Counted from the stretch's first letter, positions 8,179 through 18,184 are shown. The stretch: DNA of 49,529 nucleotides from Bernardetia sp. (GCF_020630935.1 NZ_JAHDIG010000005.1:64001-113529); one strand, 5' to 3'. Translations and numbers: made by a program. The notes: generated from the sequence alone by a model not told the origin.

Positions 8179-9453
8179 ATGGCAGAAATTCGTCCTTTCC
8201 GTGCTTGGCGTTACAACGCTTCTCTTACTTCTCAAATTCAAGATTTTACGTCTCCTCTTTTTGATGTTATTTCGCAAAAGCAACGAGATAAACTCTATCA
8301 AAATCCTTTAAACAGTATTCATTTATCTGTTCCATTAGGACAGAGTCCTGCCGATGATGCAAGAGAAACATTAGAAAAGTGGATAGCCGAAGGAACAATT
8401 ACGCAAGACGATAAGCCAGCCGTTTATGTTTATTATCAGTATTTTGTTTTGCCAGCACGCATTTCAAAGAAAAAAGAGTATTGTAGGAAAGGATTTATCA
8501 CGATGATAAAAGCATACGACTGGGAGGAAAACATAATTTTAAGGCACGAAAATACCATTCCTGCAGCCGTAAATGATAGAATTGAGCTTTTGGAAAAAAC
8601 AGCCTTGAATGTCAGTCCAACACACGGCTTGTATGGAGATGAAAAATTTGAGTTAGAAAAGTATATGGATGAGGCTATCAAAAATCCTATTTATGAAACC
8701 GAAGATTATCAAGGAGTTAGAGAGGTTTTTGCAAAGATAGATGACCCTAAAATTGTAGAAAAATTTGTAGAGAAAGTAAAGGATAAAGAAATAATCTTGG
8801 CAGACGGACACCACCGTTACGAGAGTTCGATGGTATATCGTCAGAAGAAAAAAGAAGAAAATCCGAATCATACAGGAAATGAACTTTACAACTTTCATTT
8901 GATGTATTTGACAAATTCTTATTCCAATGATTTGCGTATTTTGCCTACTCATAGGCTACTGACAGACTTAGAAATAAGCGAAGAAGAAATTGTAGAAAAA
9001 TTAGAGGAAGATTTTATTGTAAAGTCAGTAGAAAACTCATCGGATTTGAATGAAATGATTTGGGGAAAAAAGTGGGCTTTCGGACTTATTTTTTCTGAAA
9101 ATGCTTATAAAATCAGTTTAAAACCAGAAAAATGGGAAACCTTAGCATGGAAATTTCCAGAATCTGTTAAAAATCTTGACCTTACTGTTTTGCATTACTT
9201 CTTTATTGAAAAAATAATTGGAATTAAAGGCAAAGACCAGCGCAAGAGTACCAACATTCAGTTTGAAAGAAATTTTACAGACTGTGTAACCAAAGTTATA
9301 AAAGGAGAAGCTGATTTAGCTCTCATTACTAATGCCGTCACGATGCCAGAAGTGAAGGAAGTTTGTAAGTCGGGTTATACGATGCCACAAAAATCCACCT
9401 ATTTTTATCCAAAAGTGATTTGTGGATTTTGTTTTGCAAGCGTAGAAGAATAA
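8179..9453 (+). CDS. DUF1015-family protein
   Basis: 424 aa. The N-terminus MAEIRPFRAWRYN matches the DUF1015 hallmark, and the conserved DGHHR motif is present. Confidence 0.7.
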   Translation: MAEIRPFRAWRYNASLTSQIQDFTSPLFDVISQKQRDKLYQNPLNSIHLSVPLGQSPADDARETLEKWIAEGTITQDDKPAVYVYYQYFVLPARISKKKEYCRKGFITMIKAYDWEENIILRHENTIPAAVNDRIELLEKTALNVSPTHGLYGDEKFELEKYMDEAIKNPIYETEDYQGVREVFAKIDDPKIVEKFVEKVKDKEIILADGHHRYESSMVYRQKKKEENPNHTGNELYNFHLMYLTNSYSNDLRILPTHRLLTDLEISEEEIVEKLEEDFIVKSVENSSDLNEMIWGKKWAFGLIFSENAYKISLKPEKWETLAWKFPESVKNLDLTVLHYFFIEKIIGIKGKDQRKSTNIQFERNFTDCVTKVIKGEADLALITNAVTMPEVKEVCKSGYTMPQKSTYFYPKVICGFCFASVEE

Positions 9454-9496
9454 AAAATGGAACGAAAAAAATGAAATAGTTGTTCCAATAGAATCT

Positions 9497-9772
9497 ATGA
9501 AACACATCAATACACTTGAGCTAAAGTTTTATGATAATATAAAGGCTCATATTGCAAAAATTAAAGACAAAGAACGAGCAAATATAGAATATGTAAGTCT
9601 TAATACAGCTAAAATATCAATTGGTAAAGAGAGTAGTTATCAAGTAATTCGTAATTTTTATGAGTATTATGTGGATGGAAAATCCGTATATAGGCATATA
9701 TCCGAATACTATTGGAAGCAGAAAATCTCTAATAAAAACCTTAGTTATGATAGGCTGGATAGGCGCATTTGA
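9497..9772 (+). CDS. Hypothetical protein (questionable; overlaps the next ORF by 113 bp in another frame)
   Basis: 91-aa ORF in the track with no recognisable motif. Its 3' part is overlapped by the 9660 ORF, and a two-unit AATTCGT heptamer repeat (9645-9659) lies inside it. Confidence 0.25.
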   Translation: MKHINTLELKFYDNIKAHIAKIKDKERANIEYVSLNTAKISIGKESSYQVIRNFYEYYVDGKSVYRHISEYYWKQKISNKNLSYDRLDRRI

Positions 9773-10112
9773 CAACGAAATATCCGATTGGACAGAGATG
9801 AAAGATTTTTTGTTGGAGGAAATTACAAGAGAAGAAGCAATGAGCCAATTTCCAACAAAGAAAAATAAGGTTGAGAGCTTTATGGAATACAGAGAAAACT
9901 GTGAAAAGGACAAATGGCAAACTTTGTACGGTTGTACGTGTGGTGATTCAGGTTGTAGTGGTTTGGGGACAATTATTACAAAAAAAGAAGATTCTTATAT
10001 CTGGACTTTTGGAGAGGAAGAGAATGAACTACAATTTATATTTGAGGAAAGTCAGTACCGTATGGCTTTTCAAAAGGCTTTGAAAGAAATTCATTCAAAG
10101 TTAAAAAGTTGA
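9660..10112 (+). CDS. Hypothetical protein with a Cys-rich CTCGDSGCSG segment
   Basis: 150-aa ORF. An in-frame stop at 9645-9647 precedes the ATG. The heptamer repeat immediately upstream mirrors the arrangement in front of hflX. Confidence 0.45.
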   Translation: MSIMWMENPYIGIYPNTIGSRKSLIKTLVMIGWIGAFDNEISDWTEMKDFLLEEITREEAMSQFPTKKNKVESFMEYRENCEKDKWQTLYGCTCGDSGCSGLGTIITKKEDSYIWTFGEEENELQFIFEESQYRMAFQKALKEIHSKLKS

Positions 10113-10195
10113 TGTAAACAACTAACAAAAGCAGAAAAGTAGTGTTCAAAATACAAACTATTAAATGTCAAAGAATTATGAGTCTATAATTTATT

Positions 10196-10223
10196 CATTC
10201 GTAATTCGTAATTCGTAATTGAT
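10196..10223. repeat. Tandem heptamer array (ACGAATT-type, minus orientation): CATTCGT AATTCGT AATTCGT AATTGAT, ending 3 nt before the hflX ATG
   Basis: Read directly from the sequence. It belongs to the same family as the arrays at 29853-29880 and 45411-45445. Confidence 0.7.
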
Positions 10224-10226
10224 TTT

Positions 10227-11462
10227 ATGCTAGAAACTCAAAATACAAAAGTAGAAACTGCCGTTTTGGTAGGAATTGTCAATCAAACACAAACATTACA
10301 AAAATCACAAGAATATTTAGATGAATTAGAATTTTTAGCCGAGACCTTAGGCATCAAAACCATAAAAAGGTTTACTCAAACGCTTGATACGCCTGACACA
10401 AGAACCTTTGTACGAACAGGAAAAATAGAGGAGATTAGGGAGTTTATGGAAACTAAAGAAGTAGATACCGTCATCTTTGATGATGAACTTTCTGCTCGCC
10501 ACGTCCGAAATATTGAAAAGGAATTTGAAGGAAAACAAGTTTTTGATAGGGCAACACTCATCTTAGAAATCTTTAGGCACAGGGCGCAAACTTCACAAGC
10601 CAAAACGCAAGTGGAATTGGCTCGTTATCAGTATCTTTTGCCTCGCCTTACCAATATGTGGACACACCTTTCTCGTCAGCGTGGTGGTATCGGACAGCGT
10701 GGTGCAGGGGAGAAGGAAATTGAAACCGACCGTCGTATTGTTAGAGACAGGATTACGCTTTTGAGAGAAAAACTTCAAAAGATAGAAAAACAAGCTGAAA
10801 CCCGTCGCAAACAGCGTAATAAAGTGGTGCGTGTTTCTCTTGTGGGTTATACCAATGTTGGGAAATCTACACTGATGCGTCTCTTGACAGGTTCGGATGT
10901 CTTTGCAGAAAACAAACTCTTTGCTACTGTCGATTCTACGGTACGTAAAGTTTTTTGGGATGGTATTCCATTTCTACTTTCCGATACAGTAGGTTTTATC
11001 CGTAAACTTCCGACGATGCTGATTGAGAGTTTTAAATCTACGTTGCAGGAAATTGTAGAGGCTGATGTTTTGATTCATGTAGTGGATATTTCACATCCTG
11101 CTTTCGAAGAGCATATTAAAGTAGTACAGGAAACACTCCAAGAGCTAGGAGCAACTGACAAACCGACGCTTTTAGTATTCAATAAAATTGATGCTTATAC
11201 GCACGATGTAAATGTAGGTCAGAATTATTTGGTTTGTCCTCCAACACTTGAAGAACTCAAAGATTCTTACTTGGCTTCTGATAAGAAAAATACAGTTTTT
11301 GTTTCTGCTCACAACAAGGAAAACATCGACGAACTCAAAGACAAACTCTTAGAACTAATTGCAGCTCGTCATTTTCAGATTTATCCAAATTATGTGCGTC
11401 CAAATTATTATGCCGAAGAATATAACCCAAAAGATTATGGTATAAATGAGGAGGAGGAATAG
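10227..11462 (+). CDS. hflX: GTPase HflX
   Basis: 411 aa with an HflX N-terminal domain, GYTNVGKST (G1), DTVGF (G3) and NKID (G4). Confidence 0.85.
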   Translation: MLETQNTKVETAVLVGIVNQTQTLQKSQEYLDELEFLAETLGIKTIKRFTQTLDTPDTRTFVRTGKIEEIREFMETKEVDTVIFDDELSARHVRNIEKEFEGKQVFDRATLILEIFRHRAQTSQAKTQVELARYQYLLPRLTNMWTHLSRQRGGIGQRGAGEKEIETDRRIVRDRITLLREKLQKIEKQAETRRKQRNKVVRVSLVGYTNVGKSTLMRLLTGSDVFAENKLFATVDSTVRKVFWDGIPFLLSDTVGFIRKLPTMLIESFKSTLQEIVEADVLIHVVDISHPAFEEHIKVVQETLQELGATDKPTLLVFNKIDAYTHDVNVGQNYLVCPPTLEELKDSYLASDKKNTVFVSAHNKENIDELKDKLLELIAARHFQIYPNYVRPNYYAEEYNPKDYGINEEEE

Positions 11463-11505
11463 ATTATTTTGAAACAATAAAATTAGATTTTTAGTAATTT
11501 ACATT

Positions 11506-11534
11506 AAGGATAGGGTTTCCCTTATCCTTTTTTG
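11506..11534 (+). terminator. Rho-independent terminator after hflX (AAGGATAGGG-ttt-CCCTTATCCTT + T-run)
   Basis: Perfect 10-bp stem followed by TTTTTT. Confidence 0.7.
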
Positions 11535-11602
11535 TATGCAATGAAATATGTAGAGATAAGGCTTGCCTTATTTTAATTGAGATAGTAATTTTTTTAATAC
11601 AC

Positions 11603-13447
11603 ATGAGTCAGCCCAAATCTAAAGAAGAACTAAGAGAACATTTAAAAGATATTATTAGAAATATTCCTCGCCAACCTGGAATTTATAAGTACAAAGACGA
11701 AAATGGAGAAGTCATTTATGTAGGGAAGGCAAAGGAACTGCGTAAACGTGTGTCTAGTTATTTTACTAAGTCGCATCAATACGACCGAAAAACTCGCCAG
11801 TTGGTGCGTGAGATTAGAAATATTGAAATTACGATTGTAGATAGCGAGGCCGATGCACTACTATTGGAAAATAATTTGATAAAAGCACATCAACCCAAAT
11901 ACAATATCTTATTAAAAGATGGAAAGTCATATCCTTATATCTGCATAACAGACGAACCTTTCCCTAGAGTTTTTTCTACAAGAAATCCGAATAGAAATCA
12001 AGGGACGAATTATGGACCTTATACGAATGGAAAAACGCTTTATGCACTCAACGAACTTATCAAAAAACTCTATACTATTCGAACGTGCTACTATAATTTG
12101 AGTGAAGAGAATATAAAATCTGGAAAGTATAAGGTTTGTTTAGAATATCATATCAAAAACTGTAAAGGTCCTTGTGAGGGCTTGCAAAGCGAGGAAGATT
12201 ATTTAAAAGACATTGAGCAGATTCGAAATATTTTAGCAGGAAAAACAAGCAAAGCAAAAGAGTATTTCAAAGAAAAAATGAAAACGGCAGCCGAAAAAAT
12301 GGAATTTGAAGAGGCTCAAAAGGCAAAAGAAAAATGGGAAGCTCTGCACACGTATCAAAGTAAATCACTCATCACGAATCCAAATATTTCAGATACGGAA
12401 GTGATTGCGCTTTTGGAAGACGATGCGAATGTATATGTAAATTATCTCAAAATTGAAGATGGAAGTATTGTTTATACAGCCAATGAATCGTATAAAAAAC
12501 GTCTTGAAGAAACGTTAGAAGATATTTTGCCAATGGTTGCCGTAGAGTTTAGGCAGCGTTTTGGAAGTGAGGCGCAGCGAATTGTGAGTAATGTAGAGGC
12601 AGAAGTGCCATTGCCGAAAGTAGAAATTGTCAATCCAAAAATAGGAGATTTGAGAAAATTATTAGACCTATCCATCAAAAATGTAACCTATTTCAAAAAG
12701 GAAAGATTACGCAAAAAGTTAGATTTTGCAGAACGCAAACAAGAAAAAGGACTAGCAGCCGTAGAAGCACTGCAAAAAGATTTAGGTTTGAAAGAATTAC
12801 CTCTGCACGTAGAGTGTTTTGATAATTCTAACTTGCAGGGTACAAATCCAGTTTCTTCGATGGTTTGTTTTATGAATGGAAAACCATCTAAACGAAATTA
12901 TAGAAAATATCACGTCAAGACGGTGGAGGGAGCGAATGATTTTGCCACAATGTATGAGGTGGTGTATCGTCGTTATAGAAGGCTTTTAGAAGAAAAACAG
13001 CCATTGCCAAATCTAGTCATTGTTGATGGAGGAAAAGGGCAGCTAAGTTTTGGAGCGCAGGCACTCAAAGATTTAGATATTTATGGAAAAGTGCCGATTG
13101 TCGGTATTGCCAAGCGTTTGGAAGAAGTCTTTTATCCAGAAGACCAACATCCTATTTATATCAATAAAAAATCGCCTTCCTTGAAGCTTATTCAGCATCT
13201 TCGCAATGAAGCCCACCGTTTTGCCATTACCTTCCACAGAGATGTTAGAAGTAAAAATGCCCTTCGAAACCCACTAGAAAACGTAAAAGGAGTAGGAAAG
13301 GCAACTATTGAGAAACTGCTTTTAGAATATAAGTCTATTAAGAAAATTGCAAAAACACCAGATGCAGAGCTAAAGGAACTCATCGGTGCAAATCGTACTC
13401 GCTTGATTAAAGACTACATCAAAAATAATCCTGATTTGTTGAGTTAG
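11603..13447 (+). CDS. uvrC: Excinuclease ABC subunit C
   Basis: 614 aa with an N-terminal GIY-YIG motif (GIYKYKDENGEVIYVGKA), a UvrBC-interaction region and C-terminal RNaseH-like/HhH domains. Confidence 0.85.
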   Translation: MSQPKSKEELREHLKDIIRNIPRQPGIYKYKDENGEVIYVGKAKELRKRVSSYFTKSHQYDRKTRQLVREIRNIEITIVDSEADALLLENNLIKAHQPKYNILLKDGKSYPYICITDEPFPRVFSTRNPNRNQGTNYGPYTNGKTLYALNELIKKLYTIRTCYYNLSEENIKSGKYKVCLEYHIKNCKGPCEGLQSEEDYLKDIEQIRNILAGKTSKAKEYFKEKMKTAAEKMEFEEAQKAKEKWEALHTYQSKSLITNPNISDTEVIALLEDDANVYVNYLKIEDGSIVYTANESYKKRLEETLEDILPMVAVEFRQRFGSEAQRIVSNVEAEVPLPKVEIVNPKIGDLRKLLDLSIKNVTYFKKERLRKKLDFAERKQEKGLAAVEALQKDLGLKELPLHVECFDNSNLQGTNPVSSMVCFMNGKPSKRNYRKYHVKTVEGANDFATMYEVVYRRYRRLLEEKQPLPNLVIVDGGKGQLSFGAQALKDLDIYGKVPIVGIAKRLEEVFYPEDQHPIYINKKSPSLKLIQHLRNEAHRFAITFHRDVRSKNALRNPLENVKGVGKATIEKLLLEYKSIKKIAKTPDAELKELIGANRTRLIKDYIKNNPDLLS

Positions 13448-13955
13448 AGTACAACCTAAGTTCATTTCTTAACTGCTGCATATCTTCTTTTTTACCAATG
13501 TTGTACAAATATCTAAATATGGGTGTCATTATGATTGGAAAAACAGAAATAGAAGCTATATGTGACCAGTCAATATCCCATAAATAACGATTACCACTAA
13601 AACACTGGCGATACTCTATGCCAATAAAAACTCCATATAAATATCCTACCACAATAAGTAACATAACTAATCTGCCGAAACTATTGTATTTTGTAGTTAT
13701 AGATAGCTTTTCAATATTGTTTTCTTTTATAATTTGTCCAATAATTATAGGGTGAAAAAAATCATACAACCCATTATATTTCCAAATCTTAAAACCACTT
13801 TTAGTTACTTCTCCTACAAAACTTGTGTTTTTACTAAGTATAGTCCAAACGTGATTTAAAATATTGTCTTTACGTTCATTTTTTATACCCTTCCTAAAAT
13901 TTTCTAATGTTTGTTGTAGTGCCGTCATGTTTGTACATACGTATTTCTCCAACAA
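13419..13955 (-). CDS. Hypothetical membrane protein
   Basis: 178 aa with hydrophobic segments (LVMLLIVVGYLYGVFIGI, ISVFPIIMTPIF). Its 3' end overlaps the uvrC 3' end by 29 bp, convergently. Confidence 0.45.
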   Translation of the reverse strand: MLEKYVCTNMTALQQTLENFRKGIKNERKDNILNHVWTILSKNTSFVGEVTKSGFKIWKYNGLYDFFHPIIIGQIIKENNIEKLSITTKYNSFGRLVMLLIVVGYLYGVFIGIEYRQCFSGNRYLWDIDWSHIASISVFPIIMTPIFRYLYNIGKKEDMQQLRNELRLYSNSTNQDYF

Positions 13956-14001
13956 ATGTTAGTTAGAATAGACTTTTCTATAAATGATTACCTTTCTCTA
14001 A

Positions 14002-14931
14002 TTATTTTTTAGTGTAATATCCTTTCAGAGTGAGTCCTGTGTTGGTAATATTAAGCATTCCATTGGCTACTTTTTTTCCAAGTTGCAAAACAGGATTACT
14101 TTCTATTTTATTTCTCAATATTTCGTCAGCAGAATCGGCTTTTACAAGAGCTTCTCCAACCACTTTTTCGTTTTCTTCTTGTTTTTTAGGCTCTTCTTTG
14201 GATTCTTTTTCCTTTTTAGAATCTTGACTACCCTTAAAACGAGTAATACTTATTCCTGTTGTCAATACTTTTTGTTTTTTGAAACCAAACTTATTCATCA
14301 AAAAAGTAAGTGTTTTGGATGTGTAGTAAGATAAATGTTCTGGGTATTCAATGACATTATAATCAGCTTTGAGATAATAGCGCATCAAAGAATTGAAGTT
14401 TGGAGTCGTACAGTAAAATAAGCCCCCTTTTCTAAGAATTTTTTGAATGTGTGCTGTTTCTTCTAATGGATTGTTGATGTGTTCAATTACTTCAAAGGAA
14501 GTGATTACATCAAACATTTCTTCTTCATAATTATCTGAATCCAAAATTCCCCCATGCATTGTAATTCCTTTTTCTTTACAGATTTTGATGGCATCGGCAG
14601 AAAACTCTGTTCCATAAACTTCCCAACCTCTTTCTTTAGCTATATTCAAAAATAGACCAATTCCACACCCTACATCTAATATTTTTCCTGTTTTTCTGTA
14701 CTTTTCAAACTCATCTAAAAGTTCATGATAACGCATTACGGTAATCGGAGAAAGGTAATGTGCGCTGGCATAGTGTTCATAATAATCATTTAGTTCTTGT
14801 AATGTTGGAATGCGTCTGATAAATACAAAGTCACAGTTTTTACATTTTACCAAATAATGACGTTCATAGCCTTCAATGGGTTCTATTTTTTCACTTTCAC
14901 ACAAAAGACATTTTTTATGATATTCTATCAT
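14002..14931 (-). CDS. Class I SAM-dependent methyltransferase with an N-terminal zinc-ribbon and a K/E-rich C-terminal tail
   Basis: C..C...C..C at the N-terminus and the SAM-binding motif LDVGCGIGLF; 309 aa. Confidence 0.65.
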   Translation of the reverse strand: MIEYHKKCLLCESEKIEPIEGYERHYLVKCKNCDFVFIRRIPTLQELNDYYEHYASAHYLSPITVMRYHELLDEFEKYRKTGKILDVGCGIGLFLNIAKERGWEVYGTEFSADAIKICKEKGITMHGGILDSDNYEEEMFDVITSFEVIEHINNPLEETAHIQKILRKGGLFYCTTPNFNSLMRYYLKADYNVIEYPEHLSYYTSKTLTFLMNKFGFKKQKVLTTGISITRFKGSQDSKKEKESKEEPKKQEENEKVVGEALVKADSADEILRNKIESNPVLQLGKKVANGMLNITNTGLTLKGYYTKK

Positions 14932-15007
14932 CTTAATTTTTTTATTTGATTAGGATTTTTTTACAAATCAGAATCATTATCAAATTTTACTTTGCCAATG
15001 ATTTGTA

Positions 15008-15171
15008 TTTATCCATAGAGCAGTTTCAAGAAACTATTCTATGGATAAAATAATATAGAGTGCTGGACATGAGATAAAAAATTGTTGGTGTCGCTATGCT
15101 AAAACACCAACGAATGGTACTTTTTCCCTGTTCTGTGACTCACAGAACAGTAAATATCTATGGATGTCCAG
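15008..15171. repeat. Structured intergenic element, copy 2: 12-bp hairpin (15008-15049), terminal stem CTGGACAT/ATGTCCAG (15063-15070 / 15164-15171), conserved core 15083-15158 including a 7-bp stem TTGGTGT/ACACCAA and a perfect 23-bp palindrome CTGTTCTGTGACTCACAGAACAG (15128-15150)
   Basis: Homologous to 3316-3437, as detailed in the findings. Confidence 0.55.
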
Positions 15172-15215
15172 TACTCTAAAAATAATATTTTCTAGTTAAA
15201 TTTTTTATATAAAAT

Positions 15216-16337
15216 TTATTGCCTCTCCAAGTGTACATAGACAGGGAAATGGTCGCTATATCCTCCCAAATATTTCGGTCCTACATACATTCTGAACGGA
15301 TTTCCTTTGTATTTCCCTTCTTGTTCTTTCAAAAACTCTTGGTCATAGATATTTCCATCTACATAACGCCAGCCTTTTCCTCCATTATTTGCTACAAAAA
15401 ATCCTTTGTTGATGATAATTTGGTCAAGCATGTTCCAGTCGCCTCTATAATTGTATGTTCCCTTGCCTTCTTTTTCTAAAGAAGCAAGAACATTGAAGAG
15501 CTGTTTGTCTGTGAGGTCTGGCGAATCGACAGCTTGTAAACCTTTTGTTACGCTTTCGTTGAAAGGCTCATCGTTCAAATCTCCCATAAAAAGAATTTTT
15601 GCATTAGGGTCTTTTGCCTCTAAGTCATCTATAATCTGACGAGCTAACAAAGCAGAAGCCATACGTTTCGGACGACTTTTTTCTTCTCCTCCTCCTCTTG
15701 ACGACCAATGATTTACCAAAACGTGTATTTCTTCTCCCTCTAATTTTCCTGAAACTAACAATACATCTCTTGTCTTGTCGCCATCTGCTAGTTTTGTCTC
15801 ATAGTTTTTTGAAGAAGTAACCTTAAAAACAGTTTCTTTATAGAGAAGGGCTACATCAATGCCTCGCTCGTCTGGTGAGTCGTAATGCACATAATTGTAG
15901 CCATATTTTTTTAATTGTGGGTCATTGATTAAATCTTTCAATACTTTTTCGTTTTCTATTTCACAAATACCCATAATTTCTGCTCCATCTTCATCACCAA
16001 TCATACTGATAACTTTTGCAATTTTCTGAATCTTTTGCTCATATCGTTCTTTTGTCCACTTTTGTTTTCCACTTGGTGTAAAATCGTCATCAAAAGTGTT
16101 TGGGTCGTCTTCTGTGTCAAATAAATTTTCTACATTATAGAATGCAACGGTATGAACAGAGGGGTTATCGTTGTAAGGAGACGTATTTTCTATTGCTTCC
16201 TTAGCTAAATCAGCTTCTGTTTTGGGCATAGCTGTGTTTGCTCCATCATTATTTTCGTTTTCTGCTACATTTTTAGACGGCGAACAAGAAAATAAACAAA
16301 AACAGCTAATTAGAGAAAGTAAAAAAAACTTTTTCAT
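15216..16337 (-). CDS. Endonuclease/exonuclease/phosphatase (EEP) family lipoprotein
   Basis: 373 aa with a lipoprotein signal LISCFCLFSC and the EEP-fold motifs VAFYNVENLF and GDLNDEP...SDHFPV. Confidence 0.65.
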   Translation of the reverse strand: MKKFFLLSLISCFCLFSCSPSKNVAENENNDGANTAMPKTEADLAKEAIENTSPYNDNPSVHTVAFYNVENLFDTEDDPNTFDDDFTPSGKQKWTKERYEQKIQKIAKVISMIGDEDGAEIMGICEIENEKVLKDLINDPQLKKYGYNYVHYDSPDERGIDVALLYKETVFKVTSSKNYETKLADGDKTRDVLLVSGKLEGEEIHVLVNHWSSRGGGEEKSRPKRMASALLARQIIDDLEAKDPNAKILFMGDLNDEPFNESVTKGLQAVDSPDLTDKQLFNVLASLEKEGKGTYNYRGDWNMLDQIIINKGFFVANNGGKGWRYVDGNIYDQEFLKEQEGKYKGNPFRMYVGPKYLGGYSDHFPVYVHLERQ

Positions 16338-16375
16338 AGTATATTTTAAATGATTGAAAAATGAATTGAGATAAA

Positions 16376-18184
16376 TTAATTGACCTTCAGACCAATAAGT
16401 AAGACATCATCTACTTGGTCTTCATTTGCTCTCCATTTATTGAATGTAGTGCGAAATATTTTGTATTGCTCTTCCATAGGTTTGTGATGATTTTCGAAGA
16501 GCATTTTTTTGAACTTAGATTTCATAAACTTTCTCCCTTTTTTTCCACCAAACTGGTCTTGATAGCCATCAGAATAAAGATAAATGGTGGTAGGCTGACT
16601 TACATCTATAGTGTGTTTTTTAAAACATACTTTTCTGTTTTCGTAGAAAGCTCCTCCTATACTAGCATTTGTTCCTTTTATTTCGTGTAACTGATTGTTT
16701 TGAATATAAATAAGTGGATTTTTTGCTCCCACAAAGTCAATGGTCTGATTTTCTGTATCATAAACACATAATGATAAATCCATTCCATCACGATTTGCTG
16801 TAACTTTTTGTTGTAATGAATTAATAACCCCCTCATGTAGTTTTTGAGTTAATAAATGAGGCTCAGCAAGTGTTGCCTTGTTAGAAAATTGATTGAGCAG
16901 ATTGTATCCAATCATAGACATAATTGCCCCTGGTACACCATGTCCAGTACAATCCACAGCAGCAATCGCAATTCTCATATTTCCATCTATATCAACTTTT
17001 CTATCTAGCCAATAAAAATCCCCTGAAACTACATCTCTAGGTTTATAAAAAATAAATGAATCTGAAAATAGAGCTTTTACAACTGTTTTTGGAGGAAGAA
17101 TAGCATTCTGAATATGCTTTGCGTAGTTGATACTCTCATGCAAGGTTCTTGTTTTACTTTCTAAGGCAAGATACGAATGTTCTAAAGCCTTGTTTTGGGA
17201 GGCAATTTGTTCGGTTCGGCGTCTTACTTCTTTTTCTAATCGTTGTTCAGAATCTTGTAGTTTTTTATTGATATGATAAAGTTCTTCCATTGCTTGTTGC
17301 ATAATTTCTTCTTGTACAGCCATCTGCTCAGTTTTTTCCTGTAATTCTTCAAAAGACATTCTCATTACTTCTTCTTGCTCTTCTATTTGGCGAAGTTGGA
17401 TTTTATTTTCATCTACTTGTTTGCGTAATTTTTCCTCTTGTGCTTGTAACTCATTATTCTTAGCTATAATTTCTTTTTTATCGCTCTCTACTTGCCTAAG
17501 AGCATCTTGCAGCGATTTTTCTGTAAGAGCTAATTTTGCATTTTGTTTTTGGGTAATAGCATTGAGACTTTCTGTTTCTTGCAGCTTTTCTAAAAGCTCT
17601 TTTTCTGATTCTTGGTGATGTTTAGAAAGCGAGCCAACAAGTAATGCAATTACGAGAATCACCATGATGATAATCAGCGTAGAGAGAAGGTAATGTATAG
17701 TTGTAGGCAGAGATAAAAGTGGAGGGAGTAATTCGGTTTCTTGTAACCAAAACAAAGCAATAGCCGAAATAAGAGAGAAAATTAATAAAAGAGTAATCCG
17801 AATTCTATTTTTAACAGGATATAGAATAAATGGAGATACAGCTACTCCATAAAATAAATCATTTACTGTAGATTCTTTGCCTAAAAGAATACTAAAAGAA
17901 AATGAAGTTCCCCAAAAAAGCATAAAAGTAAATGTGCGAGCAACAGAATATAGCTTTTTTTTATTGAGATAAAGGCTCACTACAAAACCACACCCAATTA
18001 GAAAAATAAGCAGTGTTACTCTCCAATCTGTAAAAAAATGAATAATAAGAAAAGGAGGGACAAAAAATAGCACCAAAAAATTGATTTGGTTTAGCAGACG
18101 AATACGCTGACGCTCTACTCTTTCAATGGAAGAGTCTATCCCAAAAGCAGATATTTTTTGCCAATATTTTCTAATAAAACTCAT
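16376..18184 (-). CDS. PP2C/SpoIIE-type serine phosphatase with an N-terminal polytopic membrane domain and a long coiled coil
   Basis: 602 aa with about six N-terminal TM helices, a long Q/E/K-rich coiled coil, and a C-terminal PP2C region (SGDFYW..., DCTGHGVPGA, LYSDGYQDQ). Confidence 0.7.
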   Translation of the reverse strand: MSFIRKYWQKISAFGIDSSIERVERQRIRLLNQINFLVLFFVPPFLIIHFFTDWRVTLLIFLIGCGFVVSLYLNKKKLYSVARTFTFMLFWGTSFSFSILLGKESTVNDLFYGVAVSPFILYPVKNRIRITLLLIFSLISAIALFWLQETELLPPLLSLPTTIHYLLSTLIIIMVILVIALLVGSLSKHHQESEKELLEKLQETESLNAITQKQNAKLALTEKSLQDALRQVESDKKEIIAKNNELQAQEEKLRKQVDENKIQLRQIEEQEEVMRMSFEELQEKTEQMAVQEEIMQQAMEELYHINKKLQDSEQRLEKEVRRRTEQIASQNKALEHSYLALESKTRTLHESINYAKHIQNAILPPKTVVKALFSDSFIFYKPRDVVSGDFYWLDRKVDIDGNMRIAIAAVDCTGHGVPGAIMSMIGYNLLNQFSNKATLAEPHLLTQKLHEGVINSLQQKVTANRDGMDLSLCVYDTENQTIDFVGAKNPLIYIQNNQLHEIKGTNASIGGAFYENRKVCFKKHTIDVSQPTTIYLYSDGYQDQFGGKKGRKFMKSKFKKMLFENHHKPMEEQYKIFRTTFNKWRANEDQVDDVLLIGLKVN

